The notes under the pieces are model-generated. The model made no database searches and was not told the DNA's origin. It saw only the letters and a program-made list of their open reading frames with translations. From the NCBI GenBank assembly GCA_002269645.1, contig NIVC01000380.1, positions 1 to 64,000 on the forward strand: a stretch of DNA of 64,000 nucleotides. The letters are read 5' to 3'. Below, piece after piece: positions 50,614-61,225 of this stretch (position 1 is the first letter of the stretch; each line of letters opens with the position of its first letter). Both the position numbers and the translations under genes were made by a program. The DNA comes from Macrostomum lignano. Taxonomy: Eukaryota.

Positions 50614-53600
50614 CCAGTGTCGCTCAGCCCACCTTCAACTGCAGCCGGTGCACGGCAAGCTCCAGCCTGTCAGTCTGAGCTCGAATCTGTTCAACGCTCA
50701 GTTGCGTAGCGGCCAACGACAGAATCTCCTGTTTACGTAATTTCACTTTATTCTCAATCCGGCAAGCTTCGGTTCTCAATCGCTGTGTCTGCTCGGTGAG
50801 TTGTCGACGCTGCAGGGATTCGCGCCGTTCGCCAACGTATTGAATGCTGGCCAGGGCGTTTTTGCCGAATTTCCTGCCGTGTAAAAAAGTGTTTTCAAAT
50901 TCAACAAGTAGGCAATATTGATAATTATAAGGCCCTTTTTAGGGCTGAAAATCTTAAAATCAGTCAAATGCGAAGGCAAAAAACAGGACCATATAAACAA
51001 CAGAAATTTAATCTGCAAGTCTGAAATCTCACCCCCAGAAGCTAGGAACTCTCACTTCTAGAAGCTAAGAAATCTCATCCCTAGAAGCTAGGAAATCTCA
51101 CCCTAGAAGCTATAGGAAATCTCACCCCTAGAAAATAGGAAATCTCATCTTTAGAAGCTAGGAAATGAGCAATCTCACCTCTAAAAGCTAGGAAATCTCA
51201 TCCCTAGAAGCTGGGAAGTGGGAAATCTCACCTCTAAAAGCTAAGAAATCTCATCCCTAGAAGCTATGAAATCTCATCCCTAGAAGCTAGGAAATCTCAC
51301 CCTAGAAGCTAGGAATTGGAAAATCTCACCCCTAGAAGCTAGGAAATCCCACCCCTAGAAGCTTGAAAATCTCACCCTAGAAGCTGGAAAATCTCAACCC
51401 TATAAGCTAGGAAATCTCATCCCTAGAAGCTATAGTAAATCTCAACCCTAGAAGCTAGGAAATCTCACCCCTAGAAGCTAGGAAATCTCACCCCTAGAAG
51501 CTAGGAAATCTCACCCCTAAAAGCTAGGAAATCTCACCCCTAGAAGCTGGAAAATCTCAACCCTATAAGCTAGGAAATCTCATTCCTAGAAGCTATAGTA
51601 AATCTCAACCCTAGAAGCTAGGAAATCTCATCCCTTTACTTAGCTGCAGGGCTGTCCCGGAGGGGACACAGTGGGAAGGCGCGGGCGCCCATTCCGCTAA
51701 ATCTCATCCCTAGAAGCTAGAAGAGGAAAATCTCACCTCTAAAAGCTAGGAAATATCACCCCTGGAAGCTAGGAAATCTCACCCCTAGAAGCTAGGAAAT
51801 CTCACCCCTAGAAGCTAGGAAATCTCACCCCTGGAAGCTAGGAAATCTCACCCCTAGAAGCTAGGAAATCGCACCCCTGGAAGCTCACCGTCAGCAGAAA
51901 AATACAAATTACGCAGAATTAAGCATACGACTTACTTGCAGGCATTGTCCATTCGCTGCAAAGCTTTCTCGTACATATCGGCCAGCTTAGTATAATAATC
52001 GCAATACAATTCGATAATGCTCTGATTGCTACTCTCAAAGCTTTCAATCCAGTCGGTGATCTCCAAACCAATAGCGTTCGTATCCTCAGTCTCAGGGGTG
52101 GCGTCGAGCCGAGACTGCATAATGAAGAGTGCTGTTAGTCACTTTAGCTTTTGTTATTATCTCCCTGATAGCCACCTCAGTTAGCATTTAACCTATCTGC
52201 TAGCTAATCAAACCTCAGCTGACTCCTGATATCTCAGTTGACTCACTGACATCTCAGTAAACTCAGTTGACTCCTGACATCTCAGCTGACTCCTGACACC
52301 TCAGTTGACTCCTGACACCTCAGTTGACTCCTGACACCTCAGTTGACTCACTGACATCTCAGTGATCTCAGTTGACTCCTGACATCTCAGTAACCTCAGT
52401 TGACTCCTGACATCTCAGTAATCTCAGTTGACTCACTGACATCTCAGTAATCTCAGTTGACTCCTGATATCTCAGTAATCTCAGCTGACTCCTGATATCT
52501 CAGTAATCTCAGTTGACTCCTGATATCTCAGTAAACTCAGTTGACTCCCGACATCTCAGTTGACTCATGACATCTCAGTAAACTCAGTTGACTCCTGACA
52601 TCTCAGCTGACTCCTGACACCTCAGTTGACTCCTGACAAGTCAGCTGACTCCTGACACCTGTTGACTCCTGACACCTTAGTTGACTCCTGACACCTTAGT
52701 TGACTCCTGACACCTCAGTTGACTCCTGACACCTCAGCTGACTCCTGACATCTCAGTTGACTCCTGACATCTCAGTTGACACATCATACAGTAAACCCAA
52801 GTTAGCATCTGACAACTAGCCTAGTCCTCTCCTAACACCGAGCTAGCTTCTGACAATCAGTCAAAATGATCAATGAAAATTAAAACTCAAAAGCACCTTG
52901 AGCATAGCAATATTGTACTGAGCTAATCCACGAAGCGTAACCCTCGGTCGCAGATGAAAAGCGAAATGTTCGGCCAGATAATTAGCTAATCTCTGCATAA
53001 TCTCGTCCTCCGGCTGGAACACAAGGCTCACCAGCTCCATCAGAGTGACGCATTGTTTTCTGCAAATGCGAGGCGATGGGGTTCGGATGCCTGTCAGTGA
53101 GAAATAGAATGAGGACGAGGAGGCGGATAAGCAGATCGCGGAGGGCTGACGCGATGAGACTGGAACGAAGTATTTTGAGCTGATAATTACTCGTAGATAA
53201 AAGGGAGTTGAGGCTAGTTACTAGACGGAAAGAGAGACTAGATGAATGGCTAAGATAACAGACTCAGGGAGTAGATAACAGATTCAGGAACTAAATAATG
53301 GACTCAGGGAGTCAATACTCGACTCATGGACTAGATAATCGACTCAGAAACTAGATAATCGACTCAGGAACTAGATAATCAACTCAGGAACTAGATAATC
53401 GACTCAGGAACTAGATAATCGACTCAGGAACTAGATAATCGATTCAGGAACTAGATAATCGACTCAGGAACTAGATAATTGACTCAGGAACTTGATAATA
53501 GACTCAGGGACTAGATAATAAATTCAGAGACTAGACAATAGACACAGGGATAAGATAATAAACTCAGAGACTGGATAATAAACTTAGGGACTAGATAGTA

Positions 53601-55000
53601 GACTTAGGGACTAGACAATAGACTCAAGGACTAGATAACAGACTCGCTCAGGGACTAGACAATAGACTCAGGGACTAGATAATAGACTCAGAGACTAGAT
53701 ATTAGACTCGCTCAGGGACTAGATAATAGACTCGCTCAGGAACTAGATCGTAGACTCAGAGACTAAATAATAAACTCAGGGACTAGATAGTAGACTCAGA
53801 GACTAAACAATAAACTTAGGGACTAGATAGTAGACTCAAGGACTAGATAACAGACTCGCTCAGGGACTAGATAATAGACTCAGGGACTAGATATTAGACT
53901 CGCTCAGGGACCAGATAATAGACTCGCCCAGGGACTAGATAATAGACTTGCTCAGGGACTAGATAATAGACTTGCTCAGAGACTAGATAATAGACGCAGG
54001 GACTAGATATTAGACTCGCTCAGGGACTAGATAATAGACTCAGGGACTAGATATTAGACTCGCTCAGGGACTAGATAATAGACTCGCTCAGGGACTAGAT
54101 ATTAGACTCGCTCAGGGACTAGATATTAGACTCGCTCAGGGACTAGATAATAGACTCGCTCAGGAACTAGATCATAGACTCAGAGACTAAATAATAAACT
54201 CAGGGACTAGATAGCGGACTCAGGGACTAGATAATAAACTCAGGAACCAGATAATAAACTTAGGGACTAGATAACAGACTCAGGGACTAGATCAGACTCA
54301 GAGAAGAACAGATAAAGACAAAGGCGGTCACAGCAACAAGGTGAAGAGGCCAATACCTGTAGAACTCCAATCCCTCCAGCTGTTCCTTCTGTTTAGCAAT
54401 CCGATCAAGATGCCAATTCTCTTTTAAAGACGACAAACTATCAAAGAAGTCTTCGGCTGGCAATTCTTCAAACAATGCATCAATAACAAATCTAGCGCCG
54501 CATAGATCTACGGCTGCTTTCAGGTAGACAGTGAGCGAGTCAAGGTAAGTCTGGTTGACAACCGGACCGGATAGGAAACTAGCCAAAAAGCCTCTGGAAC
54601 ATGCTGGATGCGGTTGCTCAGGAAAATATCTTTGAAGTTGAGGATTTAATAGGCACAATTGGGAATTAATGCAGGACAATTCAAATAGAGTATAGACTCC
54701 CATAAATGATTGCGGAGGCTGCTGCTGCTGTTTGGATTTCCGCTCCGTACAATTGATAGTAATACTGCAACTGTCCTGATTCCAAGAAACGCGAAAATCT
54801 AAAATCACTGGACTCTGCTGCTGCTGCTGGTGTTCAACAACGCATCGATTGACCGGAACCCAGTCCGAGTCGAGAGACTCCAGCTGCTCCTCCGCTAAGA
54901 GTGCCGAAGCAGCCGATGCCGTTGCTCCTGCTGAGGCGCTGCAATTTTCCTGGATGTTTTTCAAGTCCAGGAAGAAAATTGATTCGATTTTATAAGTCAT
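46775..55000 (-). CDS. JMY/WHAMM: JMY/WHAMM-family actin nucleation-promoting factor, 6 exons, ~744 aa
   Basis: Exons 54357-55000 ([49 protein letters not shown] = WHAMM-JMY N-terminal domain), 52897-53059, 51936-52114, 50633-50873 ([10 protein letters not shown]), 49621-50043 ([29 protein letters not shown] = JMY coiled coil), 46775-47359 (polyproline, WH2 [17 protein letters not shown], acidic tail). All GT-AG and phase-consistent; 2235 nt. Start codon could lie elsewhere. Confidence 0.9.
48550..49490. repeat. 23-bp minisatellite (CTCCATAATCTCACCCCTAGTAG)
   Basis: ~40 copies in JMY/WHAMM intron 5. Confidence 0.96.
50068..50612. repeat. (TGTC)n microsatellite
   Basis: Fills JMY/WHAMM intron 4 (50044-50632) almost end to end. 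Confidence 0.97.
51020..51885. repeat. 23-bp minisatellite (CTCACCCCTAGAAGCTAGGAAAT)
   Basis: Fills JMY/WHAMM intron 3; related to the intron 5 unit. Confidence 0.95.
52215..52780. repeat. ~19-bp minisatellite (CTCAGTTGACTCCTGACAT)
   Basis: Fills JMY/WHAMM intron 2. Confidence 0.95.
53250..54290. repeat. 20/24-bp minisatellite (GACTCAGGGACTAGATAATA, variant with CGCT insert)
   Basis: Fills JMY/WHAMM intron 1. Confidence 0.95.
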
Positions 55001-55134
55001 TTCGCGATTGAAACTACTGGCGAATGATGAGTGTGGCGCAAGTTGAAGCTAAGAATATTTACAAATACTAGTAAAATTTCTTATTTACCCCTGTCTTACC
55101 TATTTAAATAACCTAATATATTTCCGTGCTTATA

Positions 55135-55700
55135 TACCTTTATCCCTCCCTATCCGTCTCTATCCTTCCATATCCGTCTCTATCCCTCCCTATCCGTCTC
55201 TATCCCTTCCTATCCATCTGTATCCCACTCTATCCATCTCGATCCCTCCCTATCCGTCTCTATCCCACTCTTTCCCCCCTATCCGTCTCTATCCCACCCT
55301 ATCCGTCTCTATCCCACTCTATCCATCTGTATCCCACTCTATCCCTCCCTATCCATCTGTATCCCACTCTATCCACCCCTATCCATCTGTATCCCACTCT
55401 ATCCATTTCCATCCCTTCCTATCTATCTCTATCCCTCCATATCCGTCTCTTTCCCACCCTATCCGTCTCTATCCCACTCTATCCATCTGTATCCCACTCT
55501 ATCCCTCCCTATCCATCCATATCCATCTGTATCCCACTCTATCCACCCCTATCCATCTGTATCCCACTCTATCCATTTCCATCCCTTCCTATCTATCTCT
55601 ATCCTCCATATCCGTCTCTATCACTCCTTATCGAATTCTATCCCACCCTATCCATTTCTGTCCTCTCTTATTTATCTCTATCTTTCAACTATCTCTTTTT
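55135..55700. repeat. ~20-bp pyrimidine-rich minisatellite (TATCCCACTCTATCCATCTG)
   Basis: Upstream of JMY/WHAMM; explains ORF 55126..55722. Confidence 0.92.
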
Positions 55701-56629
55701 CAATCTACCATCTCCAATCTAATCTATTTCTACCCATGTGTATAGCTGCTACGCAACGCTGTCTGATTTACCACTATCTCCTCTTCCATTACATCTTTAC
55801 GTGCATGTCTTCTTTCTCTACCCCACTTTTATCTATATGAAGAACAATAAGCAGAAAGAGTGACACACAGAAACAGACAAACTTGGACTAATAATATTAT
55901 GAAGCATTTCTAAAGCGTGAAAAGCGTACTACCCGGTCACAATAAGTACCACGTGAATTTTATTTGTTACTGTAATATTTCTAACGGTAAACGTGACAAC
56001 TATCGATTTGTATCACACAATCAGTTTTAGCGGAGAAAGGCGCGACTTTTAATATAAAAAAGTTAATATTACGATTCAAAACACGCAACATATTTGTTTA
56101 TAGCACTACTTAGAGTAGTAAAATAGTAAAGAAGTGCAGTGTCACAAGCACAAAAAAGACATTAATATCAACTGTGAGTCTTGTAAGCTAATATGAGTAG
56201 TTTAAGATTGTTATTTGGGCAAGATTTTTATTCTGAGCAGTTGACGAATGGAGATTCTATATCTAAAAATGATATAACCGCTTTCTGAAATACATTTTGA
56301 GTTATGGTCAATCAATATATAATAATCAATATAATATAACTATTGTGTACACTTCAAACTACCACACACGATAGCCTGTTAAAGGTATCAATGGTCTACA
56401 TGTGTACGTGAAAAGAGCTACAGCACACACACAACTATGTATCTATGTTTATTAAAGTTGCAACATTCTTTCTTTAGGTAGAAGGAAAGAAATTTTCAAA
56501 TTTAAGAAAGCTGAATATGAAAACAAAATATTAGGTAATTTTATTTAACAAATTATAAAGAATTCATATCAAATATCATTGTTCAGTGCTTGTCTGCCTG
56601 GCACCCACCCAACATGTCCATCCACCATT

Positions 56630-57160
56630 TAGATCTCTATCTCTTTTTAACATCTAGATCTCTAATTACCCTCTAGATCTCTATCTACCCTCTAGATCTC
56701 TATCTACCCTCTAGATCTCTATCTACCCTCTAGATCTCTAGATCTCTATCTACCCTCTAGATCTCTAGATCTATATCCACTCTCTAGATCTCTATTCTCC
56801 CTCAAAATCTCTATCCTCCTTCTAGATCTCTACATTTATCCACCCCCTAGATCTCTGGATCTCTATCCACTCTCTGGATCTCTATCCACTCTCTGGATCT
56901 CTATCCACTCTCTGGATCTCTATCCACTCTCTGGATCTCTATCCACTCTCTGGATCTCTATCCACTCTCTGGATCTCTATCAACTCTCTGGATCTCTATC
57001 CATTCTCTGGATCTCTATCCACTCTCTGGATCTCTATCTACCCTCTGGATCTCTAGATCTCGATCTACTATCTAGATGTCTATCTGCCCTCTAGACCTCT
57101 ATCCACTCTCTGTATCTCTATCCACCCTTCTAGATCTAAATTCATTTTCTAGATCTCTAT
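56630..57160. repeat. ~19-bp minisatellite (CTCTGGATCTCTATCCACT)
   Basis: Direct inspection. Confidence 0.92.
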
Positions 57161-57308
57161 CCGCCCCTCTACATTTTTATGAAATTCTTATAAAACATAA
57201 AAACCGAAAATGTTGCATTGAATTTAAAAAAACACAAGAAGTTAATTTTTGTCGATTTCACGAAATTTCAAGTCTTGCTTGGAGTCCAACAAATCGATAA
57301 GCAAAAAA

Positions 57309-60300
57309 TTAATCAGGCGAAGGCATGCACTTTAGCCTTTTGAAAGCGGCCTCTTCCAGACTTTTGCGATGATCTGGGTGGGCAATTTGAATGAGATGAT
57401 AAGCTCGCTGACGAAGGTTCTTGCCCCACAGTTGAGCAATGCCGTGCTCAGTTACAATGTAGTGAACATGGGCTCTGGTGGTGACCACTCCAGCGCCTGG
57501 TGTTGGAGGCGATTTTAAAAAGGGTGAATTGTTGATCAATTTGTTAGACAAAATGTATGGACAGTATGTAGAAGTATAGAGAGGCAGTAGTAGATAGGAG
57601 AGGGTACACAAAGTAGATAAGATAGGGTAGATAGTACATAGGAGGGGAGACTGTAGATATGAGATTAGACGCAGTAGATTGTAGATAAGGGTAGGGAGTA
57701 GAGATGAGATGATAGACATTGGATATGAGAGGGTAGACACAGTAGATAGGAGAGGGTAGACACAGTAGATAGGGGAGGGTAGAGTAAATATAAGAGTAGA
57801 CACAGTAGATAAGAGAGAGTAGATACAGCAGATCTGAGAGAGTAGACACAGTAGATGAGAGTAGACACAGTAGATGAGAGTAGACACAGTAGATATGAGA
57901 GAGTAGACACAGCAGATATGAGAGAGTAGACACAGCAGATATGAGAGAGTAGACACAGCAGATATGAGAGAGTAGACACAGCAGATATGAGAGAGTAGAC
58001 ACAGCAGATATGAGAGAGTAGATACAACAGATCTGAGAGAGTAGACACAGTAGATATGAGAGTAGACACAGTATATATGAGAGAGTAGACACAGCAGATA
58101 TGAGAGAGTAGACACAGCAGATATGAGAGAGTAGACACAGCAGATATGAGAGAGTAGACACAGCAGATATGAGAGAGTAGATACAGCAGATCTGAGAGAG
58201 TAGACACAGTAGATATGAGAGTAGACACAGCAGATATGAGAGAGTAGATACAGCAGATCTGAGAGAGTAGACACAGTAGATATGAGAGTAGACACAGCAG
58301 ATATGAGAGAGTAGACACAGCAGATATGAGAGAGTAGAAACAGTAGATATGAGAGAGTAGACACAGCAGATATGAGAGAGTAGACACAGCAGATATGAGA
58401 GAGTAGACACAGCAGATATGAGAGAGTAGACACAGCAGATATGAGACAGTAGATGAGGCAGTAGACAGACAGACAGGCTGGACAGCTAGCCAATACGGTT
58501 AAATAAACAAACAGCATTATTCGCAGTGACTAACCCTCTTTAATAAACGGTGTGATCTTGGACGTGCCCTTCTTGGTAGCGGACTGCAGTGCAATAATAG
58601 GCTTGCCTCGGCCGTCAGTGCCGAGAGCGGCGCCACGAATGAAATCAATCTGGCCGCCAACGCCGGAGTAGATCCTCGGGCCGATCGAATCGCTGACCAC
58701 TTGGCCAGTGAGATCCACTTCGATGCAAGAATTAATAGCCGTAACTTGCGGATTCTGGCAGATTATCGCAGTTCTATTAGTGAATTGTATGTCGCATAGT
58801 TCAACAAACGGATTGTCGTTAATAAAATTGAATACTTTATTACTGCCGATAACAAAGCCGGAGACAATTTTTCCGGGTTTAATTTTCTTTCTAGCATTCG
58901 TGATAGCGCCAGTTTGCGTTAGATCTACAATGCCGTCTGAGAACATTTCCGAGTGCACGCCGAGGTCTTTGTGCGAGCCTAATTCAGCTAGCACAGCATC
59001 CGGGATACTGCCGATGCCCATCTGCAAAGTGGCGCCATTCTCCACCAGATTCTGGGCGATTTGCTTGCCGATGGCGACCTCTGCTTCATCCATGCTGCGG
59101 GCCGGCATCTCTTGCAGATTCTCCGGCATGTGAACGAAGCAGTCAACGTGCGAAGAGTGAATGTAGGCGTCGCCTCGGGTGCGCGGCGACTTCGGATTCA
59201 CCTGGGCGATGATGACGCGAGCGTTCTGTATGGCAGCCCGGGTGCAGTCCACCGAGGGACCGAGGCTGCAGAAGCCGTGCCTGCGTGATTTTAGGGTGGC
59301 GCAACCATATATAAATTGTTAATGTGGGAGCACTGGCCCAGCAACTGGGGATCTGGGAGGCTGGCCCAGCAACTGGGGATCTGGGAGGCTGGCTCAGCAA
59401 CTGAGGATCTGGGAGGCTGGCCGAGCAACTGAGGATCTGGGAGGCTGGCCCAGCAACTGGGGATCTGGGAGGCTGGCCCAGCAACTGGGGATCTGGAGGA
59501 TCTGGCTGGCCGAGCAACTGAGGATCTGGGAGGCTGGCCCAGCAACTGGGATCTGGGAGGCAGCAACTGGGGATCTGGGAGGCTGGCCGAGCAACTGAGG
59601 ATCTGGGAGGCTGGCCCAGCAACTGAGGATCTACATGATCCTCAGCCCTCGGGGTCAGTATCAGAAATGAGCAGCACACCTGTCAGGTGGCGTCACCATG
59701 ATCAGCGCCATGTCCAGCTTGATGTAGTTGCGCCTAAACAGCAGAGGAATCTCGGACAGAAAGATGGGCGTGAAGTCGGCTCTGCCGTCTTGGATGGCCT
59801 TGCGGCAGTTCGAAGACGTGAAAAATGAATTGCTGCGGAATATGCCTTCGTATTCGGGCTCGTTGTATCTGCATTGCAGAAATCAGATTAATATTAATTG
59901 ATTAGCGTCTTAATATTGAAGCATTACTTCAGATTTAACATCAATATTTTATTAATACGAGCGTATTATCCTATAGCTTCAAAATATTATTTTTTAATAA
60001 TTTTATGAACATTTTCTTACACTGAATATCAAATCTCGTCTCTTTCAATATCACATCTTGTCGCTCCCAATATCAGATATTGTCACTCTGAGCATCAAAT
60101 CTTGTCCTTTTGAACATTAAATCTTGTCACTCTGAACACCAAACCTTGTCACTCCCAATATCAGATCTTGATACCCAGAGCATCAAATCTTGTCACCCCT
60201 GGCCCTGATATTAAATCTTGTCACTATGAATATCAAATCTTGTCACTCTGAATATCAAATCTTGTCATTCTGAATATCAAGTCTTGTCACTCTGAATATC

Positions 60301-60695
60301 AAATCGTGTCACCCTAGAATGAAACTAATAACCGTTAGTATGTCTAAGCTAGCAAGAATGACTTCAAACAGGAAAGAAACTTACTTAGCCGGGCCTTCCG
60401 TGTGAATGTGCATCAACTTAATATCCTTGAGCTTCTTCTCCTGAGCAACATTAACCATATTATCAATCAGATGATTAGGCGTAGCAGCCCCACCGTGAAT
60501 GAAAATATGCTGGGCGCTGTCCAGATGACGCTCGAAAGCCTGCTGACCATTCAGCCATTCCGGATTGCGGCCAGGAATGGGGTGAAACGGCTCATGGTGG
60601 ATTTCCCCGGATAGGTAGTAGGCTCGCTTCACAACAGCTAGCCGACAGGCTGCGATTGACGACGGTCTGACAGCTCGACAGGTTGCTGACAGCAT
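57309..60695 (-). CDS. Acetyl-CoA hydrolase/CoA-transferase (family I; 4-hydroxybutyrate CoA-transferase / acetate:succinate CoA-transferase-like), 477 aa, probable mitochondrial transit peptide
   Basis: Exons 60385-60695, 59680-59868, 58535-59280, 57309-57496, phase-consistent (1434 nt). Motifs HGGAATP, GRADFTPIFLSEIP, HGFCSLG, LQMGIGSIPDAV, HSEMFSDG, AINSCIEVDLTGQV, GVGGQIDF, VTEHGIAQLWGKNLRQRA; Arg/Ser/Ala-rich acid-free N-terminus. Confidence 0.96.
57580..58450. repeat. 23-bp minisatellite (GAGAGTAGACACAGCAGATATGA)
   Basis: Fills CoA-transferase intron 3; makes ORF 57309..58517 look longer than the real exon. Confidence 0.96.
59330..59632. repeat. 28-bp minisatellite (CAGCAACTGGGGATCTGGGAGGCTGGCC)
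   Basis: Fills CoA-transferase intron 2. Confidence 0.95.
60030..60320. repeat. ~22-bp minisatellite (ATCAAATCTTGTCACTCTGAAT)
   Basis: In CoA-transferase intron 1. Confidence 0.88.
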
Positions 60696-60799
60696 TGCTG
60701 TAACTAAATATTGTTTATAAATTGTAATTAACAGATAGATGATTAAATTATTCAAACTGTTTCAAAACCCTAGTAGAAACGAATTTAAACCTAGATTAA

Positions 60800-61225
60800 T
60801 ACTACTAGATGCAGTACTGGTTTCACATAGAATACAATTAGATGCAGTACTGATTTCACATAGAATACAATTAAATGCAGTACTGATTTCACATAAAATA
60901 CAATTAGATGCAGTACTGATTTCACATAGAATACAATTAAATGCAGTACTGATTTCACATAAAATACAATTAGATGCAGTACTAGTTTCACATAGAATAC
61001 AATTGGATGCAGTACTGGTTTCCCATACAATACAATTAGATGCAGTACTAGTTTCACATAGAATACAATTGGATGCAGTACTGGTTTCACATACAATACA
61101 ATTAGATGCAGTACTGGTTTCACATAGAATACAATTAGATGCAGTACTGGTTTCACATAGAATACAATTAGATGCAGTACTGGTTTCACATAATTTAGAT
61201 ACAGTATATTGATTTCAAATAGAAT
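60800..61225. repeat. 33-bp tandem repeat (GATGCAGTACTGGTTTCACATAGAATACAATTA)
   Basis: ~12 copies starting ~100 nt upstream of the CoA-transferase ATG. Confidence 0.95.

Noticed and set aside
50729-50746. Apparent 18-nt GT..AG micro-intron in JMY/WHAMM
   Set aside because: In frame, stop-free (VKLRKQ) and too short; treated as part of exon 50633-50873
57497-58517. 5' ~340 codons of ORF 57309..58517 and parallel Cys/Leu/Tyr-rich ORFs
   Set aside because: Minisatellite in intron 3; only 57309-57496 is exon
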